A program made the position numbers and the translations under genes. A stretch of DNA of 64,000 bases from Deltaproteobacteria bacterium. GTDB taxonomy: Bacteria > Myxococcota_A > Polyangia > Polyangiales > Houyiibacteriaceae. Positions 19,847-28,771 of the stretch are shown here, one piece after another; the first letter of the stretch is position 1, and each line of letters opens with the position of its first letter. The stretch spans positions 160,001-224,000 of the forward strand of contig JAXMNT010000001.1 of the NCBI GenBank assembly GCA_034670305.1, written 5' to 3'. Below the pieces are notes generated by a model. That model saw only the letters and a list, made by a program, of their open reading frames with translations, had not been told where the DNA came from and searched no databases.

Positions 19847-19874
19847 TTGAAACGATGGCCGAATCTGATATGTT
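19847..19874 (+). promoter_or_regulatory. Putative sigma70 promoter of the transposase
   Basis: TTGAAA-N16-TATGTT in an AT-rich patch just before the ATG at 19886. Confidence 0.4.
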
Positions 19875-19885
19875 AGCCCAATCAA

Positions 19886-20584
19886 ATGGCGCGTCGCACT
19901 CGAAAATTGAAACAGTTGGACCTGCAGTTTCGGCAGTGGGGTGGGCGACGGGTGGGCGCGGGTCGCAAGCCGAAGGGAGAACGGGCAGGCGTGGCCCATC
20001 GCCGGAGGCCGGCCATTCAGAACCGGCACCCTGTGCACGTGACCATCAAGGTCGCGAAGGACCTGCCAAACCTGCGCCGCCGCGACCTCCGGGCGGTCTG
20101 CTTTGCGGTCTTGGAAGAAGCGGCCGAGCGCCACGGCATGCGGATCGTTCACTTCTCGATTCAGAGCAATCACGTGCATCTCATCGTCGAGTGCAAAGGC
20201 ACGACGGCGCTGCAACGCGGCATGAAGGGTTTGCTCGTTCGGCTGGCCAAGCGGCTCAACAAACACCTCGGCCGGCGCGGACAAGTGTTCCCCGACCGCT
20301 ACCACGTCGAGCCGCTGAAGACGCCGACCCAGGTCCGCCACGCGCTCCGCTACGTGTTGAACAACGCCCGCAAACACGCGGGGGCCCGCAAGAAGATCGA
20401 CGCCCACTGGGTGGATCCATGCTCCACCGCGCACACCTTCGATGGTTGGAAGTCGACGCCCAAGTGCCCCGCGAACTGTGATCGAGCCCCGAGGATGCCA
20501 AGAGCGGGCACCTGGTTGCTCCGCGTCGGGTGGAGGAAGCGCGGGAGGATCCCCATCGACGACATCCCGGGTCCGCGCCGCTGA
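19886..20584 (+). CDS. REP-associated tyrosine transposase (RAYT, Y1 HUH family)
   Basis: PVHVT, HFSIQSNHVHLIVE (HUH), GQVFPDRYH, LRYVLNN (catalytic Tyr). Confidence 0.88.
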   Translation: MARRTRKLKQLDLQFRQWGGRRVGAGRKPKGERAGVAHRRRPAIQNRHPVHVTIKVAKDLPNLRRRDLRAVCFAVLEEAAERHGMRIVHFSIQSNHVHLIVECKGTTALQRGMKGLLVRLAKRLNKHLGRRGQVFPDRYHVEPLKTPTQVRHALRYVLNNARKHAGARKKIDAHWVDPCSTAHTFDGWKSTPKCPANCDRAPRMPRAGTWLLRVGWRKRGRIPIDDIPGPRR

Positions 20585-20655
20585 CCCAGACCCCAAAGCG
20601 CAGCCACCTCTCGACTACGCGGAGCGGAGCCTTGGCGCTGCGCCTCACGACAGAG

Positions 20656-20846
20656 CCGGGCAACGAACGGCGCCGCCTCGAACACGGCAGTTCAAGGCGG
20701 TGCAGCAGCATGCTGCATTGGCAAAGAAGCACCCTCCACGCTCCGCTCTTTCTGTCCGTTGGACAGAGCGCCTTCGCGCCGGAACCCCGCCGCCCTATTG
20801 GCTACACCGAGACCCCGGCGCCCTCTGTCCCCGCATCAGGTGACGC
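20656..20846. repeat. Right arm of ~190-bp inverted repeat
   Basis: Reverse complement aligns with 19583-19774; the central part is diverged. Confidence 0.9.
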
Positions 20847-20924
20847 GGTCGAACCTCCAGAAGGTCGAGGCCATCCAACCCGCAACAGGTGACGCGCCAC
20901 CCAACGAAGCGGATCGTCGGCCCG

Positions 20925-23039
20925 TCAGCCGGTCCAGACGAGTTTGCCGGGACCACCGCGCTGGGCGACGCGGAGTCGGCCCTCCGCCACGAGGGTGAGA
21001 TCGCCCAAGGACTCGGCGTCTTCGGGTGCCGAGGCGACGCCGATGCTGAGCGTGGTGTGCACGCGTCCTTTGCGGCCCTGGAAGCCCAGGCCTTTGACCT
21101 CTTGCTGGACGCGCTGGAGGGTGGTCGCGATCTCGGTCGCCGTGGCGTCGGCGAACGCGGCCACCAACATGCCGTGGCGCCATCGCCCGCGCACGTCTTC
21201 CACCCGCAAGCGCGCAGCCAGCAGTCGCGCGACGCCGTTGGTCACCCGCTCGGTGAACGCAGAGCCCTCGCGGGTACGCATCCCGTCGTGGTCGTCGACT
21301 TCGAGCACCGCGAGCGAGAACGCGTGGGCGCGGCGCCGAGTCTCGGAGAGCCGGGCGGCGAGGGCGCGGAGCAGTTCGCCGCGCGAGGGGAGCCCTGTCA
21401 CCGGATCGGGCGCGCGTCGTCGTCGCGCGAGCACGTGGTCGGCGTGTTGCCGGATGCGGGCGGCCCATTCGCTCGGCTCTCCGAGCATGCCGTCTGCGTC
21501 GAGGTTGTTCTGGGTCTGTACGAGCAGCGCGACCTGGTCGCCGCCGTCCGCCATGCGGACCACCTTGGCGAACGCCTCGGCGCCCCCGCCGAGCACGACC
21601 ACATGCGGCTGCTGTCGTTTCATCACCGAGAGCAACGACTCCGGTCCGTTCAACTGCACGACGTCGAGCCCCGAGGACGCGAGCGCATCGGCCACCGGTG
21701 GTGCGTTCACGACCACGACGCGGCGCGCATCGGGGCGCAGCGCATCCAGCCGCAGGACCGCGCGGGCCAACCCCTGTTCGTCGAGCGGGTGCGACAGAAA
21801 AAGCTGCGCGCCGCTCTCCGCCGCGCCGAGGCGCACGAGGAGTGAATCCTCCATCGCGAGCAGTGCGGTCGGGATGCCTGGGAAGCGGCTTCGCAAGGCG
21901 GCGATCGTGTCGGTACTTCGATCGGGCGAGCCGAAGGGCATGCCGATGATCGCTACGTCGACCCCCTTGAGCGTCTCGATCGCGGCGAACGAACTGCACG
22001 GGACAAAGGTGGCGAGCGAGTCCGCCAGGACCCCTTCGACATACTCGAGCAGTGCCGGGTCGTCGTCGATGATCGCCATGCGCGGTCCCAGAAAAACCGA
22101 GTCCGCAGGGTCGAGCGCAGAAACGGGCAGCTCGCGTTGGGAACTCCGAGGCAACGTGATCTCGGGCGAGGTCCGTGCCGAGGGCGGGACGGGTGGCGGT
22201 GCACTGGGCTGAAAGAGCGACGACGGCGGTTCGATCTTGGTCTTCTTGCGGATCGGCAGCGCCCGCACGGCAGCGACCGCCCGATCGAAACCGTCCCAGT
22301 CGACCGCGTCGCGGTTCTGGAGCGCACGCAGTTGCGACTCCACGACACTCGCGCAGTGCCCGATCTCCGCGTACCCAAACGAGCCTGCGGTGCCCGCGAT
22401 GTCGTGGGACTGTCGGATCGCTTCTTCGACGGAGGATGCATTGTCGGGACGCCGCCGCGCTCGGTCCACCGCGCGCAGGAAGAGATCCAGAATGTGCGGA
22501 AGCACGTCGCTGTAGGACTCGCGAAGCTTCTCTTCCGACGCCGGCTCGTCCACATCGGGCACGACGACGAAGTCGTCCATCTGCGCGTCGCCGCCCTCGT
22601 CCTCAAGCAGCTCCTCGATCTCTGCGAAGTCGAGCTCGAGGGTGGAGCTCTTGCGTTCCCGCCGCTTTCGAACCCGCCGTGCGTGCTGGGTGACCCGCAC
22701 CGCGAAGCTCGCGGGTTCCACCGGCTTGTGCACCACGTCGGCGACCTTCAACTCGTCCTTGAGCTTCTTGTAGGTCGCCAGGTCTCGGTAGAACGCGGAG
22801 ACGAACACGATGGGCGCGTCCGCCCCTTCGGCGCGGATCTTCTCGATCCAGCGGATGCCGTTGGTGTCCGGGAGCAGGCCATCCACGATCAAGAGATCGA
22901 AGTCGTGCTCCGTCAGTTTCTCGAGCGCCTCCCGGCCCTTGGCCGCTTCGACCACCTCGAACCCTTGGGTCCGGAGTGCCGGCGCCACGAGCGCGCGAAA
23001 CATCGCGTCGTCATCCAACAAGAGCAGCCAGCGCGACAC
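20925..23039 (-). CDS. Multidomain regulator: REC-Hpt-REC-(REC-like)-degenerate GGDEF
   Basis: LLLLDDD/LIVDGLLPD receiver, SHDIAGTAGSFGY Hpt, DPVTGLPSR and TLSIGVA GGDEF-fold landmarks. Confidence 0.85.
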   Translation of the reverse strand: MSRWLLLLDDDAMFRALVAPALRTQGFEVVEAAKGREALEKLTEHDFDLLIVDGLLPDTNGIRWIEKIRAEGADAPIVFVSAFYRDLATYKKLKDELKVADVVHKPVEPASFAVRVTQHARRVRKRRERKSSTLELDFAEIEELLEDEGGDAQMDDFVVVPDVDEPASEEKLRESYSDVLPHILDLFLRAVDRARRRPDNASSVEEAIRQSHDIAGTAGSFGYAEIGHCASVVESQLRALQNRDAVDWDGFDRAVAAVRALPIRKKTKIEPPSSLFQPSAPPPVPPSARTSPEITLPRSSQRELPVSALDPADSVFLGPRMAIIDDDPALLEYVEGVLADSLATFVPCSSFAAIETLKGVDVAIIGMPFGSPDRSTDTIAALRSRFPGIPTALLAMEDSLLVRLGAAESGAQLFLSHPLDEQGLARAVLRLDALRPDARRVVVVNAPPVADALASSGLDVVQLNGPESLLSVMKRQQPHVVVLGGGAEAFAKVVRMADGGDQVALLVQTQNNLDADGMLGEPSEWAARIRQHADHVLARRRRAPDPVTGLPSRGELLRALAARLSETRRRAHAFSLAVLEVDDHDGMRTREGSAFTERVTNGVARLLAARLRVEDVRGRWRHGMLVAAFADATATEIATTLQRVQQEVKGLGFQGRKGRVHTTLSIGVASAPEDAESLGDLTLVAEGRLRVAQRGGPGKLVWTG

Positions 23040-23448
23040 GTGCGGATGATGGGTGCCGCCACCCTTGGCCGCAACCGTTTGTTGTCGGAGGGGAGACGCG
23101 CGTCCGACCAGCGGCAACGCTGTTCCGGCCTCCCCAACCTCCAGGGCTCCGCGCTGTGACCACCCCTGTGTCCACCCGGGCCCGCTTGCACACCCGGCGA
23201 CCCAGAAGCCGCACCTCGGCCCGCCATCCGTGCGATCTCTCACCGCGGTGGGTGGGGGGCCCAGCCCGCCGGTCCCCCGCACCCTTGCGATCCAAGCACA
23301 TTGCGTCACACCGGGATGCGCGGGATGGCTTCTCGACGGAAACCCATCCTCTTCTACCGAACCCGCCCGTGAATTCGGTACCATCCGCGCCCTTCCGCCC
23401 GGTGCCCGAGCGCGGTGGCCTGGCAGCACTTTTCCCCCCGGAATCCTG

Positions 23449-26400
23449 ATGAGCGAGACGAACGACCTATTGCGCGGCGAACTCGAACGACTGTTCGAGC
23501 CGGATGAGATGACCACCCTCGCGTTGGAGCTGATGGGCTACACGGCCACGGAGCTCGGCGATCCGGACGGCAAGGGCGCGTTCGCGCGTGCCCTGGTGGA
23601 TCGCTGCGAGGCGGACGACGCCCTCGAGGCCCTCGCCGACGGGATGACCCTCTTCGGCAAGGCAGCACGCACGGCGAAGATCTTCGAGTCGCGCGCCGGA
23701 CGAGGCCTCGAGCCGGGCGAGGAGCTCGGGGGGTTCAAGGTACGCAAGTCGGTGGGCGGGGGTGGCCTCGGCGACGTGTACTTGGCGGAGCGGGGCGATG
23801 GGGACGAGAAGGTCCGCGTCGCACTCAAAGTCATTCGTTCGAGCCTCTCGCGAGACCCGAGCGCCGTTGCGCGGTTCCTGACGGGGCAGCGCGGTTTCAA
23901 GCGCGCCAAGATCGCGGGCGTCGCACCCGTGCATGGGTGTGGCCGCCTCGCCGATGGCCGGCCCTGGGTCGCCACGGAGTACGTGGACGGGCAGACGCTC
24001 GCCTCCCGCATCGAGCGGGTCGGACCGATGCACTTCAACGAAGCACGGCCCGTCTTCCGAGGTGTGCTCAGCGCGCTGCAAGCGCTCCACGACGGCGGGC
24101 TCGTCCACGCGGACGTGAAGTCCGCGAACGTGTTCGTGGTGCGCCCGACGGCCAAGGACGGCAGCCGCGGTGAACCCACCGGCGTGCTCGTCGATGGCGG
24201 CGCGCACCGGCTCTTGGCCGCGGGCGCGACGCGTCCGGACGCCATCGGCGCGCTTCGCGTCTTCGGCAACGCACAGGCGATCGCACCGGAGATGGCGCTC
24301 GGTGGATCGATCGATGCCGCGAGCGACATCTACGCGGTCGGCGTGATGTTGTACGAGGTGCTCACCGGCAAGGTTCCGTTCACCGGCGACAGCGCGTTCG
24401 AGGTCATCGCCAAACACATCGACACCATCCCGGCGGCGCCGAGTGAGATCGCCCCGAAGGGCTGGGTCCACAAAGACGTCGACGCGCTCGTGCTCAAGGC
24501 GCTGGCGAAGGACCCCGCCGACCGGTTCGGTTCCGCCCGCGAGCTGCTCTCGGCACTCGACGCGCTCGCGAAACCGAAGAAAGAAAAGGACCTCGATCCC
24601 AAGGCGCTCGAGAAGGCCGCCGCCGCGCTCGAGAAGGATCTGAAGAGCGCGGAGAAGGCGAACGCCGTCGACGAGATCATCGCGCCCTCGCTCGCGTGGG
24701 ACGAGGGCATCGCCGTTTTCCAGAAGTGCGTCGACAAAGCCAAGGACGCCGCGGTCAAGAAGGCGCTGCTCTTCCGCATCGCGCGGATCGAAGCGGTCGA
24801 GAAGGGCGACAAAACCGCCGCCGAGAAGACCTACCGAGCGATCCTCGAAGCAGACGCCCAAGACGCGATCGCGCGCAGCGGACTCGAGGAGCTCAAGCGG
24901 GAATCCGGCGACGACGAGGGGCTCGCGGAGCTCCTGCTCGAACGCGCGGAGACCATCTCCGATCCGATCGAACGCGCCGAGGTACTGCGGGAGATCGCGC
25001 GTCTGTACGAGACCCGGATCAAAGATCCGGAGAACGCCCTCGTGGCCTGGACCCAAGCGGTCGCCGACGATCCTTCCGACGCCCGTTCGGCCCGCGCGGT
25101 GGAGCGGCTCGCGGAGCACGACCAGGACCGCTGGAACGAGGTCATGGCCACGCTCGCCGAGACCGTTCAGGAGACCGGCGACGTGCCCGAAGCCGTGCCG
25201 CTCTACTGTTTGATGGGCCGCTGGTACGGAGACGCACTCAAGCGACCCGACTTCGCGCTGCCGTGCTTCGCCAAGGCGATCGAGATCGATCCCAACTGCG
25301 ACGCCGCGTACGAAGGTTCCCTCACGCTCTACCGAGGCGCGCAGTCTTGGCCCGAGGTCGTACAGGTGCTCGAAGCCCGCGCCTCCGCGAGCTCGAACCC
25401 GGCGGCCGCGCGCGACCACCGCGCCGCCGCGGCCGACGTCGTGCTCCGCAAGGTCGGCGACCAAGCCCGCGCGGTCGGCATGCTCGAAGCGATCCTCGAA
25501 CAGGACCCTGGGCATCCCGGTGCGATCGATTCACTGATCTCGATCCACGAAGAGAAGAAGGAGTGGAAGCCGCTCGCGAAGTTGCTCTCGCGTCAGCTCT
25601 CGCACACGGCCGCAGGCGCGAAGGTGTCCGGCACGCTTCGACTGGCCGAGCTCTACGAAGACCGCCTGAACGACTTCGAACAAGCGATCGTCCACTACGA
25701 AGCCGCCTTCGCGCAGGACGCGGGTTCGCTTGCGGCGCTCAAGGGGCTCGAGCGCGTCTACGCACGCGGCAACGACTACCCGAAGTTGCTCTCGACCCTC
25801 CAGCGCCAGCTCGCCTTGATCGTCACCCCGCGACAGAAGATCGCGGTGCTCGAACACATCGGCGCGATTCAAGAAGAAGAGTTCGTCGACCAAGACGCCG
25901 CGATCGAAGCGTACGAGCAGGTCGTCGAGATCGACCCGGGCAACGAGAACGCCAACCCGGCCCTCGCGCGCCTGTACCGCCAGAAGGGTCGATTCGATGA
26001 ACTCGTCTCGACGCTCGAGCGGCACGCCCAGGCCACCGAAGACGTCCAGCGAAAGACGGACCTGCTGCTTTCCGCGGCGCGCACGTTGATGCTCGACGTG
26101 GGTGCCCCGGAACGCGCGCTCGGATTCACGGAGCGGGTGCTCGTCGCGGATCCGAAACACTCGGACGCACTCACCCTGCTCGCGCGCCTGAAGGCGCAGT
26201 CCGGCGACGCGAACGCGGCGGTCGCGGCCGTCGATCAGCTTGCGGACGGCGAGAGCGATCCGAAGAAGAAGGCGGAGCATCTGGTCGAAGCGGGCAAGAT
26301 GCTCGAAGGCGCCGGCGACAAGGACCAGGCGATCGACCGGTTCAAGAAGGCGCTCGACCTCGACGAGAAGAACGCCGCGGCCGCCGAAGCACTCCGGCGA

Positions 26401-28752
26401 CTCTACGCCTCGCGCGGCGACGCCCACGGGGCCGCCGAGTTGCTCGTGCGCGAGATCGCAGCCACCGACGGCAAGAGCCGCCAGGCCGAACTCCAGGCCG
26501 AACTCGGAGTGCTCTACCGAGATCGACTGGAAGACGCCGAGAAGGCGCACGCTGCGTTCCGCAAAGCGCTCGAACTCGACGCCACCTGCACGCCGGCGGC
26601 CTTCGGGCTCGGTGTGATGGCCTTCGGTGCGAAAGACTGGGAAGCCGCGACCGCGCACCTCGAGCCGCTGCTCGCCCGCACCTCCGAGATGGACGCCGAA
26701 CAGGCCCGCGACCTCAGCATGATGTGCGGCGACGCGTTCCGAGAGAAGGGCGACTTCCCCAAAGCGCAGCGCGCGTACCTCAACGCGAAAGCCTACGCGC
26801 CCGAGGACCGAGAGGTGCTGCAGCGCGTGGCGGACGTCACGTTCGAGTCCGGCGAAGCCGACGAAGCCGCCGAGCTCTACCGAGAGATGCTCGAGAAGCT
26901 CGGGTCCTCGCTCGACGCGGATCTGCGTGGACGCATTCTCGTGCGCCGCGGTGAGTCCCTCCGCCGGGCCGGCAACCTCGACGAAGCCGCGAAGATCCTC
27001 GAGCAGTCGGTCGAACTGCGGCCCGAAGATCCCGAGCCGCTCACCTCGCTCCGCAAAGTGTACGAAGCGCAGTCCAAATGGGACGAGGTGGTGCGCACCT
27101 TGCGCCGCCGGATGGAGCACGCACCGGATGCGGAGCGTTTCGATCTGCTCGTCGAAGTCGGCGATGTGCTCGCCGGCAAACTGAGCGACCGCGACAAGGC
27201 CGCCAAGAGCTACGTCGCCGCGCTCGAGATCACACCCGACGATCGCAACCTGCTCACGAAGCTCATGGGCGTGTACTCGGAGACGAAAGACTGGTCGCGT
27301 CTGGTCGAGGTCATCCTCCGGATCGCCGAGCTCGTCGACGACCACAAGCAGCTCGCCAAGTACTACCTGACCGCGGCGTCGATCGCGCAGTCCGAACTCG
27401 GCCGTCACGAAGAGGCCGCGGACTACTACGAACAGGCCCTCGAGAACGACGGCACCATCGGCCGCGCGTTCGAGGGGCTCAAGTCCTGCCTCGAGAAGTC
27501 CGACGACTGGGCCGGACTCGCGAAGGCCTACCGTGCGCAACTCGACCGCCTCAAGTCCGCACCCGCGGAGAAGCGCGCGGAGATCTGGGACGCGCTCGGC
27601 GCCCTCTACCAGGACAAACTCGACGACCTCACCCGCGCGATCGAAGCGTTCGAGGCCGCGCAGGATCTCGACCCGGATGGCCGACGCCGCCTCGAGATGC
27701 TCGCCGGCATCTACGAAGCGGAGCCGAAACGCTACTTCCGCAAGGCGGTCGAGGCGCACACCCAGCTCCTTCGCAAGAGCCCCTACCGGATCGAGTCGTA
27801 CCAAGCGCTGCGCCAGCTCTACACCGACGTGAAGAAGCCCGACCAGTCCTGGTGCATCTGCCAGGCGCTGCGGGTCCTCAGCATGGCCGGTCCCGACGAG
27901 CAGAGCTTCTTCGACAAACACCGGTCCCGGCATCCGGCCGCGGCGCAGGAGTACTTCGACGAGGACATCTGGTTCAACCACGTCATCCACCCCGAGCAGG
28001 GCCCGCTCCTGACCGGCATCTTCGCGGCCATCACGCCCGCGGTCGTGGCCTCGAAGGCCCAGGAGCTCTCGAGCTACAAGGTCGAGGCCAAGGACGCGCG
28101 GGACCCGGAGGCCGATGAGTCGGTCATGGTGCAGACGCTTCACTACGTGTCCGGGGTCACCCAGATCCAGCTGCCGAGCGTCTACTATCAGAAGCACGAC
28201 CCGGGTGGGCTCAGCATGCTCTACGCCGATCCCCCTTCGATCGGTGTCGGCAAGGCGGCGCTCGCCGGCGGACCGGCCCAGGCACTCGCGTTCCTCGCGG
28301 CGCGCCACCTGAGTTACTTCCGCCCCGGCCACTACCTGCGGCACTTCGTTCCGTCGGGCAGTGGGCTTCGCGCTTGGTTGCTCGCGGCGATCAAACTCGG
28401 CACGCCTCAGTTCCCGGTGCCGGGCAACCTCGGCGCCAAGGTCGACAAGAGCCTCGCGGCCCTCAAGAAGCACTTGGACGCGTCGCAGGCGAAGAAGGTC
28501 GCGGAGCTCGTCCAGAAGCTCCTGGCCGCGGCGCCCGAGCTCGACATGAAGCGCTGGGTGGCGGCGGTGGACTTCACCGCGGACCGCGTTGGGTTCGTGA
28601 TGGCCAACGATCTGGAGCTCGCGGCGGCCGTCGTGAAGGCTTCGCCCGACGACGGCATGCAGAAGGAGCGCCTCAAGGAACTCTATCTCTACAGCGTCTC
28701 CGAGTCGTACATGCAACTTCGGCAGAAGCTCGGGATCGCGATAGACTCCTAG
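23449..28752 (+). CDS. Giant Ser/Thr kinase-like + multi-TPR protein
   Basis: GGGGLGDVY, VALK, HADVKSAN, IAPE, SDIYAVG, then over 1100 aa of TPR-like helices and a C-terminal ADRVG domain. Confidence 0.9.
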   Translation: MSETNDLLRGELERLFEPDEMTTLALELMGYTATELGDPDGKGAFARALVDRCEADDALEALADGMTLFGKAARTAKIFESRAGRGLEPGEELGGFKVRKSVGGGGLGDVYLAERGDGDEKVRVALKVIRSSLSRDPSAVARFLTGQRGFKRAKIAGVAPVHGCGRLADGRPWVATEYVDGQTLASRIERVGPMHFNEARPVFRGVLSALQALHDGGLVHADVKSANVFVVRPTAKDGSRGEPTGVLVDGGAHRLLAAGATRPDAIGALRVFGNAQAIAPEMALGGSIDAASDIYAVGVMLYEVLTGKVPFTGDSAFEVIAKHIDTIPAAPSEIAPKGWVHKDVDALVLKALAKDPADRFGSARELLSALDALAKPKKEKDLDPKALEKAAAALEKDLKSAEKANAVDEIIAPSLAWDEGIAVFQKCVDKAKDAAVKKALLFRIARIEAVEKGDKTAAEKTYRAILEADAQDAIARSGLEELKRESGDDEGLAELLLERAETISDPIERAEVLREIARLYETRIKDPENALVAWTQAVADDPSDARSARAVERLAEHDQDRWNEVMATLAETVQETGDVPEAVPLYCLMGRWYGDALKRPDFALPCFAKAIEIDPNCDAAYEGSLTLYRGAQSWPEVVQVLEARASASSNPAAARDHRAAAADVVLRKVGDQARAVGMLEAILEQDPGHPGAIDSLISIHEEKKEWKPLAKLLSRQLSHTAAGAKVSGTLRLAELYEDRLNDFEQAIVHYEAAFAQDAGSLAALKGLERVYARGNDYPKLLSTLQRQLALIVTPRQKIAVLEHIGAIQEEEFVDQDAAIEAYEQVVEIDPGNENANPALARLYRQKGRFDELVSTLERHAQATEDVQRKTDLLLSAARTLMLDVGAPERALGFTERVLVADPKHSDALTLLARLKAQSGDANAAVAAVDQLADGESDPKKKAEHLVEAGKMLEGAGDKDQAIDRFKKALDLDEKNAAAAEALRRLYASRGDAHGAAELLVREIAATDGKSRQAELQAELGVLYRDRLEDAEKAHAAFRKALELDATCTPAAFGLGVMAFGAKDWEAATAHLEPLLARTSEMDAEQARDLSMMCGDAFREKGDFPKAQRAYLNAKAYAPEDREVLQRVADVTFESGEADEAAELYREMLEKLGSSLDADLRGRILVRRGESLRRAGNLDEAAKILEQSVELRPEDPEPLTSLRKVYEAQSKWDEVVRTLRRRMEHAPDAERFDLLVEVGDVLAGKLSDRDKAAKSYVAALEITPDDRNLLTKLMGVYSETKDWSRLVEVILRIAELVDDHKQLAKYYLTAASIAQSELGRHEEAADYYEQALENDGTIGRAFEGLKSCLEKSDDWAGLAKAYRAQLDRLKSAPAEKRAEIWDALGALYQDKLDDLTRAIEAFEAAQDLDPDGRRRLEMLAGIYEAEPKRYFRKAVEAHTQLLRKSPYRIESYQALRQLYTDVKKPDQSWCICQALRVLSMAGPDEQSFFDKHRSRHPAAAQEYFDEDIWFNHVIHPEQGPLLTGIFAAITPAVVASKAQELSSYKVEAKDARDPEADESVMVQTLHYVSGVTQIQLPSVYYQKHDPGGLSMLYADPPSIGVGKAALAGGPAQALAFLAARHLSYFRPGHYLRHFVPSGSGLRAWLLAAIKLGTPQFPVPGNLGAKVDKSLAALKKHLDASQAKKVAELVQKLLAAAPELDMKRWVAAVDFTADRVGFVMANDLELAAAVVKASPDDGMQKERLKELYLYSVSESYMQLRQKLGIAIDS

Positions 28753-28771
28753 TTCGCTGAGCTTCGCCTTC

